In this document: one piece after another, positions 48,031 to 57,630 of the stretch
Layout of the letters: each line of letters opens with the position of its first letter
How positions within the stretch are numbered: the stretch's first letter is position 1
Source of the DNA: Oligoflexia bacterium
GTDB lineage: Bacteria > Bdellovibrionota > Bdellovibrionia > JABDDW01
Reading direction: 5' to 3'
DNA length: 64,000 nucleotides
Assembly (NCBI GenBank): GCA_043732305.1
Contig: JAYTHU010000062.1
Location: 1-64,000 of the forward strand
Notes under the pieces: model-generated
Told to the model about the DNA's origin: nothing
The model's database searches: none
Seen by the model: the letters and a program-made list of their open reading frames with translations, nothing else
Position numbers and translations under genes: made by a program

Positions 48031-48060
48031 AAGGCTGCCATGATGGTGGCCTTTTTTATT
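48031..48060 (+). terminator. Rho-independent terminator
   Basis: AAGGCTGCCA-TGA-TGGTGGCCTT followed by a T-tract. Confidence 0.85.
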
Positions 48061-48082
48061 TTTCCAATGTTATCGTAAGTTC

Positions 48083-49282
48083 ATGAAAAACAAATGGACC
48101 GTGCTTGCCGCATACTCTTTAGTCGCAGCCCTCAGTCAATATCTCTGGCTTGAGTTCGCGCCGATTCTTTCACTCATCGAAAAAAAATATAATGTCACCG
48201 AGAGCACCGCAAGTCTCTTGGTTTTGGTTTTCCCGTTGATCTATGTTTTCCTATCTATACCTGCGGGAATTATCATTGATAAAAAAGGGTACCGCTTTGG
48301 TGTGGGAGTGGGCTGCGCTATCATGCTCGCCTTTTCTTGTCTAAGGATTTTCGACGGACATTTTTATGTTTTGTTGATCGCACAAATTGGAATTGCGGTG
48401 GCGCAACCCTTTGTCATCAACGGGATCACAAAAGTAGTTTTTGATTGGTTCGAAGGAGAACAAACCGCGATGGCCACCGGTCTTGCCACTGTGGGGATGT
48501 TCGTGGGCATGGCGGCAGGTATGGCACTGGCTCCTGCAATGGTTGAAACATTTAGCTTTCGTCAAACAATGATCGTCGATGCATTCGGCACTCTCTGGTT
48601 TTGCCTGGCATTTTATTTCTTAGTGCATCCTAATCCAAATTCTAAATCCGTTGTTTCTGTATTGGGAGTTCAAGACAAGTACGAATTTATAAATGGACTC
48701 AAAAGTTTACTGCGCAATAGGAATGTCATGATTCTCTTTGTGCTCTCGTTTCTCGGCCTAGGCTACTTCAACGGTCTAACCACTTGGATAGAACCTATCC
48801 TTGCACCTCAGGGAATAAATTCTGTGCAAGCGGGAATCATCGGCGGAGTTCTCATTCTGGGTGGAATTATTGGTGCGGGTTTGGTTCCAGCAATTTCGGA
48901 CATGATCAAAAAAAGGAAAATTTTATTGGTTATATGTTTATTTCTGACATCACTGACATTGTTTCCCCTATGCCGAAGTCGTGGATTGGGAATTGTCTGC
49001 GTGCTTGCGGCCATCCAAGGATTTACTTTTCTGCCGGCGTTCTCTCTACTTTTAGAAATGTGCGCCGAGATCGTCGGAGAAAAAATTGCAGGATTTGCTA
49101 CCGGAATTTTAATGCTCGCTGGAAATGCTGGCGGAGTCATTGTTGCTTTGGCAATGGAATGGATCAAGGGCCCGGGACCAAGTTTTCTCTACGCGATTTT
49201 CTTGCTCGAAGGGATAATCATCTTGAGTTTTATTTTAAGTCTTTTTGTTCCCGAAACTTACAAATTTAAATTCATCAAATGA
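48083..49282 (+). CDS. MFS transporter
   Basis: About 12 hydrophobic segments; G.IIDKKGYR and SDMIKKRK loop motifs. Confidence 0.92.
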   Translation: MKNKWTVLAAYSLVAALSQYLWLEFAPILSLIEKKYNVTESTASLLVLVFPLIYVFLSIPAGIIIDKKGYRFGVGVGCAIMLAFSCLRIFDGHFYVLLIAQIGIAVAQPFVINGITKVVFDWFEGEQTAMATGLATVGMFVGMAAGMALAPAMVETFSFRQTMIVDAFGTLWFCLAFYFLVHPNPNSKSVVSVLGVQDKYEFINGLKSLLRNRNVMILFVLSFLGLGYFNGLTTWIEPILAPQGINSVQAGIIGGVLILGGIIGAGLVPAISDMIKKRKILLVICLFLTSLTLFPLCRSRGLGIVCVLAAIQGFTFLPAFSLLLEMCAEIVGEKIAGFATGILMLAGNAGGVIVALAMEWIKGPGPSFLYAIFLLEGIIILSFILSLFVPETYKFKFIK

Positions 49283-49878
49283 AACGGCTCACTCGCATCA
49301 TTCTGTCGATTTATCTCTACAATGAATACCAAGGTTACACTCAGCTCAAAAAGTTAAGAGACTCATTCAAATCGAAATTCCCAGCAGATATAGAAATGCT
49401 TGATTCAATTTCTAAACACGCCAATGATGAGAAAAAACACCATCTCATGTTTCAAAATTATTTTAATAAGATGGAAGTAAATCCACTTCCGATCGACTCA
49501 AAACTTGGTTACATTGATCAGTTAGTTTTAAGGATTTTTGGAAAACCTATTGTTGACCTAGATCAAAGTGAGTTGCTTGAAACCAAAGAAAAATTCCATA
49601 CACTTCTGCGAACAATCATGATCACTGAGGAGCGCGGTTTGAAACAGGTTGAATGGTTATTGTCTCAAAAATTCGTGCGTAACGATCGCTTGCTGCACGG
49701 CATATTCGCCGTCATTCACAGAGATGAACCATCACACTTCATGCCTTATAAAAAATATTTAGAGGACCAAAGCGCGGAACTTGTAAGTTTTAGAGAACGA
49801 TTCGCCGACTTCCGCGTTCACTACTACATGGTTTTATTTCAAGTGCCAAAGCTGTATCTAAAATCTTTTATAAGTTAA
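49279..49878 (+). CDS. Ferritin-like diiron-carboxylate protein
   Basis: E(YNEYQG)...DEKKH...EERG...DEPSH ligand pattern; ATGA-coupled to the MFS gene. Confidence 0.8.
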   Translation: MKRLTRIILSIYLYNEYQGYTQLKKLRDSFKSKFPADIEMLDSISKHANDEKKHHLMFQNYFNKMEVNPLPIDSKLGYIDQLVLRIFGKPIVDLDQSELLETKEKFHTLLRTIMITEERGLKQVEWLLSQKFVRNDRLLHGIFAVIHRDEPSHFMPYKKYLEDQSAELVSFRERFADFRVHYYMVLFQVPKLYLKSFIS

Positions 49879-49899
49879 TGTTTGATTGATAACTCAACT

Positions 49900-50301
49900 T
49901 CAGTCCCAATTCTTACTTCGTGATTTTTTAATATCACCACGGTGTGATTTACCATCGAGCTTTCTTTCTTTGGAAGCTCGAGTGGGTCGGGTGGCTTTGC
50001 GCTTTTTTGGCTTATGAAAAGCAGAAGTGAGAAGACCTCGCAATTTTTCAAGGCAGCGATCTTTATTTCTAACTAAATCTCTAAATTCATCGCTACGAAC
50101 AAAAACTTGTTCCTCTTTATTGATCACTGATTCGAGTTTAGTCCGAATCAAATATTTCTGTGCATCAGTCAAGGCCGGTGAAAAAGTATAGCTCCAATAA
50201 AGAACGGCAGCGGAGGAAACTTTGTTAACGTTCTGCCCGCCGGGACCTCGACTTCTCACGGCCACAAACTTGACTTCATTTTTGATTTTTTCGAAATCCA
50301 T
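49900..50301 (-). CDS. arfB: Alternative ribosome-rescue peptidyl-tRNA hydrolase
   Basis: RSRGPGGQNVNKV and basic tail KKRKATRPTRAS.ERKL..K; start moved to 50301. Confidence 0.95.
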   Translation of the reverse strand: MDFEKIKNEVKFVAVRSRGPGGQNVNKVSSAAVLYWSYTFSPALTDAQKYLIRTKLESVINKEEQVFVRSDEFRDLVRNKDRCLEKLRGLLTSAFHKPKKRKATRPTRASKERKLDGKSHRGDIKKSRSKNWD

Positions 50302-50375
50302 AGAATCAACTCTACCATAAATGAACTGAGTTTGCAGCCCTTGCGAATCCACTTCATTTATGGAATATTCCGGTC

Positions 50376-51239
50376 GTGATTCACCCTCTATTTGAGATCG
50401 TAAAAACTTCCACCGGCGCCATAAGCATCTTGAATAAAGCTGTCGGGGAAATCATGCATAATCCTGTGGGACCTTGGCTCGAGGCCAACGGACTTTACAT
50501 TGAACAGTCTGGTCTAAAAGAAATCCTCGCGCTCAAAGAAGACGAGCTGGTGATTTTTGATGTGGGGCTTGGAGCTGCGGCTAACTCTCTTGCGGTTTTG
50601 CATGCGGCAAAAAACTCTAATCGAAAACTAAGACTTGTGAGTTTTGAAGTGGACCTGACACTTCTTGAATTCGCGTTAGAAAATTCCGCTCAATTTGACC
50701 ATTTCTTTGGGTTTGAAAGTGCCATCGCCGAACTTTTACAAAATAGAATTTGGAAAAGCGAAATAATCACTTGGGAACTTCGACATGGTGATTTTTTAGA
50801 TTTGATTTCACAAGAACAAAATTTAGCCGATCTCATTTTCTACGATCCTTACTCCCCCAAGATGAACAAAGACATGTGGACACTCGCCTGCTTTAAAAAG
50901 CTACGGGCAAAATGTAAAGACTCGTCAGAAAATCAAAACGCTAAACTCTTCACCTATAGCCGTGCAACACCTATCCGCTCGGCACTCCTAGCTGCAGGTT
51001 TTTTTGTTGGTTCAGGAATCGCCACGGGGCTTAAAAATGAAACAACGCAAGCGACCACTCGGTTGGAAGATTTGAGTTCTCCACTTGGAGAACGTTGGCT
51101 TAAACGCTGGAACAATTCCAGTACGCGTTTCCCCTTCGATTGCACAAGCGAGAATGAAGCATTTCTAACGCAGACAATTTTAGGTCACATTCAGTTTAAA
51201 AATTTAAACGAAAGCACAAAGGCAACAGTCAATGAGTGA
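50376..51239 (+). CDS. MnmC-N-terminal-like SAM methyltransferase (tRNA mnm5U34 methyltransferase family)
   Basis: E.MH...G...EA..LY, FDVGLG...N, FYDPYSPK....MW and TYS....RSALLAAGF motifs. Confidence 0.78.
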   Translation: MIHPLFEIVKTSTGAISILNKAVGEIMHNPVGPWLEANGLYIEQSGLKEILALKEDELVIFDVGLGAAANSLAVLHAAKNSNRKLRLVSFEVDLTLLEFALENSAQFDHFFGFESAIAELLQNRIWKSEIITWELRHGDFLDLISQEQNLADLIFYDPYSPKMNKDMWTLACFKKLRAKCKDSSENQNAKLFTYSRATPIRSALLAAGFFVGSGIATGLKNETTQATTRLEDLSSPLGERWLKRWNNSSTRFPFDCTSENEAFLTQTILGHIQFKNLNESTKATVNE

Positions 51240-51603
51240 CAACTCTCGTTTAGTCTATTCCACTGACTCATCTAAAAAAGAAAAATGCCCAAAATGCAAA
51301 GAACTTTTATCTGAATGCACATGCGAGAAAGCCGACGGCCTAGCGAGAAAAAGTGGATATAAGTTTGTTGCGAAGCTGAGAATGGAAAAATCAGGTCGCA
51401 ATGGAAAAATCGTGACGGTTATTGATGAGCTGCCGAAACAAGAAATATTTTTGCGAGATTTGACCACCGAACTCAAAAAGAAATGTGGGTCTGGCGGAAC
51501 GTACTTAACTAGTGGCAAAGAAGGCGTCATCGAAATCCAAGGTGACAAGCGAGACATGATCAGGACCATCTTCACAAAAAAGGGCTATAATTTTAAAGGA
51601 TAA
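51232..51603 (+). CDS. yciH: SUI1/YciH translation initiation factor homologue with CxxC..CxC N-terminus
   Basis: LVYST, EKSGRNGKIVTVI, LKKKCGSGGT and IEIQGD motifs. Confidence 0.92.
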   Translation: MSDNSRLVYSTDSSKKEKCPKCKELLSECTCEKADGLARKSGYKFVAKLRMEKSGRNGKIVTVIDELPKQEIFLRDLTTELKKKCGSGGTYLTSGKEGVIEIQGDKRDMIRTIFTKKGYNFKG

Positions 51604-51682
51604 ACCTTGGCAAGCTCAAACTCGTCCTATCGATATACTAAAAGTAATCTTAAGCCATCGAAACGACTAACTTATTAGGCCT

Positions 51683-51709
51683 TAAGCTCCTAGCCCCCCT
51701 GTCCGATAG
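51683..51709 (+). promoter_or_regulatory. sigma28/FliA-type promoter
   Basis: TAAG-N15-TCCGATAG versus consensus TAAA-N15-GCCGATAA. Confidence 0.65.
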
Positions 51710-51737
51710 AGTGATTGACTAAGGTCGGGGGTAATTT

Positions 51738-52868
51738 ATGGGACGTTATAGCTTGGTCGTTACAACTGTCGTCATGTGTTCTCTAGCTCTTGCTGCTTGC
51801 GATACTAGTGATTCCGGAACTGCTGGGGGAGCTGCTGTCGTAGTGACACCATCACAGACCTCATCTTGCACAAATTTGAATGGAGCAGGTGGTGATCCCA
51901 CTGCACTTCCGACAAGCGGGTTAGCTGGAAACCTTTATTATTTAACTGATTCAATGCCCAGATACACCCATGTCGCCGACTATATAACTAAGGGTGTTCA
52001 AGCTCCAGTCACGCTTTATTTAAATCGACTTTACACACCCACTCGCCCATTTGACGAAGGGTTCATCACGAACAGTGGATCATTGGTGCAGACAGCTGCT
52101 GGCAATAGTCTTTACGAATATTTTGCGCTCCACCTGGAAAGCACTTTGCAGCTGAGGGAAAGCGACACGGATGGTTTTTATCAGTTGGCGCTATTGAGTG
52201 ATGACGGATCCATCATGCAGCTCAACCAAACTGGCGAAGGATACACTAATTTTATTAATGATGATGGCACTCACGCCACTCAATTGGCCTGTGCCAGTTC
52301 CGCCATCTACATGAATCACTTTACTAAAATTCCGATGAAGCTTGATTACTATCAAGGTCCTCGATATCACATCGCACTAAATTTGATCTGGAGACAGGTC
52401 GCTTCATCGACCTCGAATCTCACCGATCCACTCTGTGGACAAAGTGGGAACTCACTTTTCTGGGATCCAACCACCACACCTTCCACTCCACTTGCTTTTA
52501 ACGATTTAAATTTTCGCGGATGGAATATCTTGAACACAGAAAACTTTAAACTCCCTGCTAGCGCCTCAATAAACCCTTGTGGACAGACCACTCCAGTGAC
52601 AATCACAAATTTGAACATTGCGAATGTGACTCAAACTGGGGCCACAATCACTTGGGATTCAAATGTGAATGCGAATTCCATTGTGACTTATTCAGCTTAT
52701 CCGTACACCGTTTTTCAGACATCTGCGGATCCGACATTAACAAAGAGCCATTCTGTCACACTCTCTGGACTAACGGCCTTCACTCTTTACGATATCACTG
52801 TGACCTCACAAGCAGACTCTGCGAATCAAGCCACAAGTCCAGACACTACGTTTAAAACTCTGCGATAG
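51738..52868 (+). CDS. Lipoprotein with PA14 domain and C-terminal FN3-like domain
   Basis: Lipobox LALAAC; YQLALLSDDG, NDDGTH and LDYYQGP..IAL.L.W (PA14); ATITW...H.V.L.GL...T.Y...V.S (FN3). Confidence 0.82.
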   Translation: MGRYSLVVTTVVMCSLALAACDTSDSGTAGGAAVVVTPSQTSSCTNLNGAGGDPTALPTSGLAGNLYYLTDSMPRYTHVADYITKGVQAPVTLYLNRLYTPTRPFDEGFITNSGSLVQTAAGNSLYEYFALHLESTLQLRESDTDGFYQLALLSDDGSIMQLNQTGEGYTNFINDDGTHATQLACASSAIYMNHFTKIPMKLDYYQGPRYHIALNLIWRQVASSTSNLTDPLCGQSGNSLFWDPTTTPSTPLAFNDLNFRGWNILNTENFKLPASASINPCGQTTPVTITNLNIANVTQTGATITWDSNVNANSIVTYSAYPYTVFQTSADPTLTKSHSVTLSGLTAFTLYDITVTSQADSANQATSPDTTFKTLR

Positions 52869-52907
52869 TCCAGTCACACTTTCCATCTACTTTGTCGATA
52901 AAGTAGG

Positions 52908-55172
52908 GTGGATAAATATCTTGTATCGTTAGCTATTTTACTATTTTTGGCGGAAAGCGTTTGGCTTTCTCACGATATAAATTCGACTTCTACAAATTCC
53001 CAATCCCATTCTTTAGGCAAGTCTTTAGGAAAAATCGAAAATTTTAAAAGTCAGGTCCGAAAAAGATCGCAAGATAGTTTGATTTGGGAGAACACGCAAA
53101 TTGAACAACCACTTTTTGCGTACGATTCCGTTTTAACTATGAGCCAATCGACCGCAGATATTTCTTTGCAAGGCGGAAGTGGCATCTCTATGAACGAGAA
53201 CACACTTCTCACTATCGAACCGCCACTGCCTGGTGAAGCGAACGGTCCATTGCGCTTACGTTTCAAAAAAGGAAATATCAGAACCATTGCGGGGCGCGAG
53301 CCACAGAGTTTGAGCGCAGGGGAATATATTATATCCGCCGGGCGTGACTCTCAGGTGAACTTGCGTTCAAGCGGCGAGGACAAAATTGAAATAGAAGCCC
53401 AATCTGGTGCAATAAAAATCATTGATGCAAAAACAATGTTTGTTGCAGAGGTGATTCAACCTGGCGAATCCGCACAAATAGAAAACCATCAGATTCTAAA
53501 AGAAAAAATCTCCGGGAATCTCCAGTGGGTATATCCGGTGGACGGACAGAAAATTTACACCCATGAAAGTCAAAGTGACGTCTCTTTTTCTTGGAAGACG
53601 TTTGGCAATGACGAAAGCATGGTAAAAAGTGTTGAGGCCAGCGGCAAAATGTTTGCGCTCAATCCTGGTACGTCTGATTTTCACTCTCAGTTTTCACTGG
53701 GAAATTATCTAGTGAAACTAAACACTGCGAGTGCCTCTACATTTGCCAGAGCGCTGTATGTTTGGGCAGCTCCTAAAATTCATCTAGTTTTTCCAGTTGC
53801 CCGGCAGCGTTTCAAAAAAGAAGAAACAGTCAACTTTCTTTGGACACGATCCGACGGCGTCAAAGATTACGAAATGCAAATCGCAACCGATATCGAATTT
53901 AAAAATATCGTCAAGGAATCAAAATCTTCTCAACTGGGCTCAACCGTAGACGGTTTACCTAAGGGAGAGTATTTCTGGAGAGTCAAAGGATTTGATGATT
54001 CGAATTTTGAGATTCCTGAACTTTATAAAAGTGTTTTTTATATTTTAGAAAAGCCGCTGGAAGCTCCTAAGCTCAGACCCGCGGTGATAGAAGATGACAC
54101 CTCACTAAGAAAAGATGTTAAGCCTTCAGGCAAACTTACTAAGTTGCTTTCTAAAATTTGGAAATTAATCCTTCCTCAAGCTGAAGCCGACGAGACGGGC
54201 AGAACTAGTGAAATTAAATCCTATTCTGCAGAATTTCAGTGGGAAAAAGTTGAGGAGGCTGCGTCCTACGTGATTGAAATTTCAGATTCACCAGAATTTC
54301 GAGAAAACATCAGATCACATCATGTCTCTAGAGAAAAATTTAAATGGAGAAATTTTAAGCTGGGAAGATATTACTGGCGAGTAGCGGCGGAAGACGCAAG
54401 AGGCGAACTCGGACTATTTAGCGAAACAGCATTTACCGACCTCACAAAAATTCCCACTAAACCAATTTTGCCTTTGGCGATTCCAAAAACTATGGCCAAA
54501 ACTCAATCTCCAAAATTAGATTTGGTACCTCCGGTGATTGCGTCGGTGGAAACTCCGGTTAGGCCAGAACCAAAAATTGAATACACAGATCCTTGGGACT
54601 TCAGTCTGATGTTTGGTACCCATTATGATATTTCTAGTTTTAGTGGATCAGACTTCACAGCTAAATATTCCGGACTTGCTATCGGAGATTTTTCATTGAT
54701 CATAGCACCACCCGTCGAAAAATTTGAGTCTTGGAAATTGGAATTTGAATTTCATGCCCTCTCGCTAAAAGCTAAACCCACAAGCACCTTTCCATTTCAA
54801 GATTTACTGAACACCAGCACTTTGAGATTTGCTTTTGTGCAGAACGAAAAATGGGGAATCTACGTCAGTCAATATCTCGCCTTCAAACGCACTGATCTGG
54901 AAGATCTGGCAACACTGAAATTTTGGGGTGTGGGTCCAATGATTGAAACTCTAAATCCAGGAGACATGAAAGAAACGCGATACCGAATTGCATTTGTGGG
55001 CGGGCAAGTTTACGCTCTAGATGCGAGTATTAATGAAACTTGGTATCTGGATGCTTGGCCTACCACTCAGTGGAGTTTTACCGTAGAATCCCGTGCGGCA
55101 AGTGGACTCACTCTCAACCGAGATTTCTTTTATGATATAGGCGGATATTTGTGGTTAGGCTTTCATTGGTGA
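52908..55172 (+). CDS. FecR-domain protein with FN3/Ig repeats, Pro-rich linker and putative C-terminal beta-barrel
   Basis: N-terminal TM; V..R....L.W..., L...DSVLT...S.A.I......I.M.ENTL (FecR-like); YFWRV and YYWRV repeats; ends in YLWLGFHW. Confidence 0.7.
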   Translation: MDKYLVSLAILLFLAESVWLSHDINSTSTNSQSHSLGKSLGKIENFKSQVRKRSQDSLIWENTQIEQPLFAYDSVLTMSQSTADISLQGGSGISMNENTLLTIEPPLPGEANGPLRLRFKKGNIRTIAGREPQSLSAGEYIISAGRDSQVNLRSSGEDKIEIEAQSGAIKIIDAKTMFVAEVIQPGESAQIENHQILKEKISGNLQWVYPVDGQKIYTHESQSDVSFSWKTFGNDESMVKSVEASGKMFALNPGTSDFHSQFSLGNYLVKLNTASASTFARALYVWAAPKIHLVFPVARQRFKKEETVNFLWTRSDGVKDYEMQIATDIEFKNIVKESKSSQLGSTVDGLPKGEYFWRVKGFDDSNFEIPELYKSVFYILEKPLEAPKLRPAVIEDDTSLRKDVKPSGKLTKLLSKIWKLILPQAEADETGRTSEIKSYSAEFQWEKVEEAASYVIEISDSPEFRENIRSHHVSREKFKWRNFKLGRYYWRVAAEDARGELGLFSETAFTDLTKIPTKPILPLAIPKTMAKTQSPKLDLVPPVIASVETPVRPEPKIEYTDPWDFSLMFGTHYDISSFSGSDFTAKYSGLAIGDFSLIIAPPVEKFESWKLEFEFHALSLKAKPTSTFPFQDLLNTSTLRFAFVQNEKWGIYVSQYLAFKRTDLEDLATLKFWGVGPMIETLNPGDMKETRYRIAFVGGQVYALDASINETWYLDAWPTTQWSFTVESRAASGLTLNRDFFYDIGGYLWLGFHW

Positions 55173-56831
55173 ACGATTTTTAAACTTAAACATGAGTTTA
55201 AATAACTGAGTGATCATAAAACATAGCGAAAGCACTAAACTAAATTCTCCAGGCCCATCCAAAGTTCCGCAAGACGGTTGAAAAGTAAAATTCGATTGGC
55301 TTTTACCATCAAAATTAGCCGTAAGAGAAAATATCTCGAGAGGAACCGGAAGTGGTGGTGCCGCAAAAGCTGCAGGCAAGTACCTAAAACTTATTTTAAA
55401 TCGAAAATACCTTTTACCTTGTAGTGCAGAGACGTTTGTCGCCGCAACAAATCCTGTGTCATCATTCACAAAACTATCACTGCTTCCAGCAACTAAAAGC
55501 GTAGCCGTACTTGTTCCGGGAAGATTCACATTCATTATAAATGAATTGTAAGTTGGGTTCGTATTTTTCACATCATAGGCCAGAGATTGCACCGTGTAGA
55601 CGAGTTCAGAAAAAAGTGGCTGCCCATTGTCTCCAAGATTAGCAATTGGAACTTCGGAATTTGTCTCGGTAAAAACTTCTCCTTGAAGCAACCAGGTGCG
55701 GCCATTGGCTCCAGCACCACCGGTTCCCGTTCCGGAGACAATTGTTCCGCCGGTTCCATTGAGGGCATTGATTGAATGCACGGGGCCTGTCGCAGAAAAA
55801 TTTCCCATCGTTTGAATCCAAATTGCTCCGCCCGCACCACCGCCACCAGATCCAGAAGTGTCCGCGCCAGATTCTGAGCCACCATTTCCGCCATTTGCTA
55901 AAATATATCCGGTGTTGGTAAAATCTCCGACGCAAGTGATTCGAATCACACCGCCACCAGCACCACCCCCGGCACCACTGCTAGCGCCAACAGTTGTTGA
56001 ATATCCGCCGCCGCCGCCGCCACTTCCACCGCCAGGTCCGCCGATTAAGTTTGAAAATGCTGTGATATATGGATCAAGCAAAGATGTTCCACCGGCACCA
56101 GGCCCTGTGCCAGCGCCATTTGTGCCCGCAAGATTGGAATAATAGCCGCCGCCGCCACCGCCGCCCCCCGCATTGTTCACAGCTTGGCCGCCGCCTGCTC
56201 CGCCCGCGACTGTGCAAGCACCATTTGCAAGTGAGCATCCACTCACGCCGGTGACAGCAGTGCTTCCAACATATCCGCCGGCGCCACCATTTCCGCCGCC
56301 ACATTTTCCGCTTCCGCCACTCGGTGAATTGGCCGTGGTGGGGGTAGTGCCTGAACCATTGCCACCGCTGCAGTCGATAGTTCCACTGTTAGTAAAAGTT
56401 CCTAAAACTTTAAACCAAAGTGGGTTAGCACCTTGGCCTTTGATAACCCAGCCTGGAGCCAAATTAAACGAAGTGAATTTTAAAACGGGGTGAACTGAAG
56501 TGTCTATGATGATGGTGTTTCCTGCCGTTGATCCACCGATACTGAAATTTGCGTAAGTGCTTACATCAAATGAGCCATCACTTCCGTCCCCCACATCTGT
56601 AATTGGAGAAAACTCGCTATAGATTGCGGTTGTGGTGGATACCGCCATTTGCGGGTGAATCATTTTTAGAGAAGTATTCCAAACGCCCGTGGAATTTGCT
56701 TTGTCAGAATATGTCGAAGTAGAAAAATTCTCAACAATTTGGGACGCAGAGGCGCTACCGACTGGAAGAAAAATCAGCAGTGAATTTAAAATTACTAAAA
56801 ATTGAATGATCGAAACTCTGAAAGTTTCCAT
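55155..56831 (-). CDS. Secreted Gly-rich surface protein with C-terminal SCG-TM-basic sorting-like tail
   Basis: Signal peptide (..SASA); GDGSDG; long GGxGG tracts; GGGAGG.I.I repeats; C-terminal SCGTL + hydrophobic helix + KFKNR. Confidence 0.75.
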   Translation of the reverse strand: METFRVSIIQFLVILNSLLIFLPVGSASASQIVENFSTSTYSDKANSTGVWNTSLKMIHPQMAVSTTTAIYSEFSPITDVGDGSDGSFDVSTYANFSIGGSTAGNTIIIDTSVHPVLKFTSFNLAPGWVIKGQGANPLWFKVLGTFTNSGTIDCSGGNGSGTTPTTANSPSGGSGKCGGGNGGAGGYVGSTAVTGVSGCSLANGACTVAGGAGGGQAVNNAGGGGGGGGYYSNLAGTNGAGTGPGAGGTSLLDPYITAFSNLIGGPGGGSGGGGGGYSTTVGASSGAGGGAGGGVIRITCVGDFTNTGYILANGGNGGSESGADTSGSGGGGAGGAIWIQTMGNFSATGPVHSINALNGTGGTIVSGTGTGGAGANGRTWLLQGEVFTETNSEVPIANLGDNGQPLFSELVYTVQSLAYDVKNTNPTYNSFIMNVNLPGTSTATLLVAGSSDSFVNDDTGFVAATNVSALQGKRYFRFKISFRYLPAAFAAPPLPVPLEIFSLTANFDGKSQSNFTFQPSCGTLDGPGEFSLVLSLCFMITQLFKLMFKFKNRSPMKA

Positions 56832-56832
56832 T

Positions 56833-57630
56833 TCACGCCGCTTTTGGAATCTTGCTCAAAAGATCAAATGATTCCACATGATATTTATTTACCTTAACCG
56901 CTTTGCGTAAAAATTCTTCGGCTTGTGTCATTTCACCTAAAAGATAATGACAGTGGCCTAAATTATAAAGAACATCTGCGTTGTCAGGAAAATGATCGTC
57001 AGCGTCCTGACAAAGTTTCACGGCTTTTTCAAACCATTTTATTTTTTTATACGAGTTAACAAGTTTTAGAATCAAAATAATATTTAACCTGGTGACGTCA
57101 ATTTCCTCAGGTGGATTTTCAGGATCAAATTCTCCGCTCTCGTAAACATCTCCAAGCTCTCCTGCAGCACGTTCGGCCACATCAACATTTCCGAATTCAT
57201 CAGCGAGAGACTCTTCAAAAAAGTCAGCGCTGGGATCACCTTTACCGTTGAGGAGATTCATCACTTTTTCTTTGAGAATTTCACTTCTAAAAGGTTTCAC
57301 TATATAGGCGTCGACGTGGGCTTTTGCAGCTTTGGTGATTTTCATTCTCTCGCGAGATCCTTGAGAGGTGACCATCAAAAACAGAACGTGACTCAAACCC
57401 GTTTCTTTTCTAACCGCTTTAAGAAGCGTAAGTCCGTCGATGTGAGGCATTTCCCAATCCGAAATGATAAAATTAATATTGGGTGTCGCCCGAATTAATT
57501 TAAGTGCGGCTTTGCCATTTTTAGCTTCGAGAATATTATGAAAGCCAAAACTTTTTAGATATTGAACAAGAATGTCCCGAACTAGACCGTCGTCGTCGAC
57601 AATCAGGAAAATCTTTTCTGCATACTTCAC
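56833..57630 (-). CDS. CheY-like response regulator with C-terminal TPR
   Basis: IVDDD, ISDWEMP, VT and YIVKPF motifs; acidic linker; VLYNLG.C....G....A...L.KA (TPR). Confidence 0.88.
   Translation of the reverse strand: MKYAEKIFLIVDDDGLVRDILVQYLKSFGFHNILEAKNGKAALKLIRATPNINFIISDWEMPHIDGLTLLKAVRKETGLSHVLFLMVTSQGSRERMKITKAAKAHVDAYIVKPFRSEILKEKVMNLLNGKGDPSADFFEESLADEFGNVDVAERAAGELGDVYESGEFDPENPPEEIDVTRLNIILILKLVNSYKKIKWFEKAVKLCQDADDHFPDNADVLYNLGHCHYLLGEMTQAEEFLRKAVKVNKYHVESFDLLSKIPKAA

Noticed and set aside
48784..49269. 161-aa alternate-frame ORF inside the MFS gene (and similar nested or antisense ORFs such as 2931-3365, 28342-28842, 61768-62011)
   Set aside because: Largely or fully overlap well-supported genes, lack recognisable motifs and have atypical composition.
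55568..56493. Pro-rich and Arg/Trp-rich ORFs and GCC-type repeats
   Set aside because: Shadow frames of the Gly-rich gene's GGC/GGT codons; not a separate repeat element.
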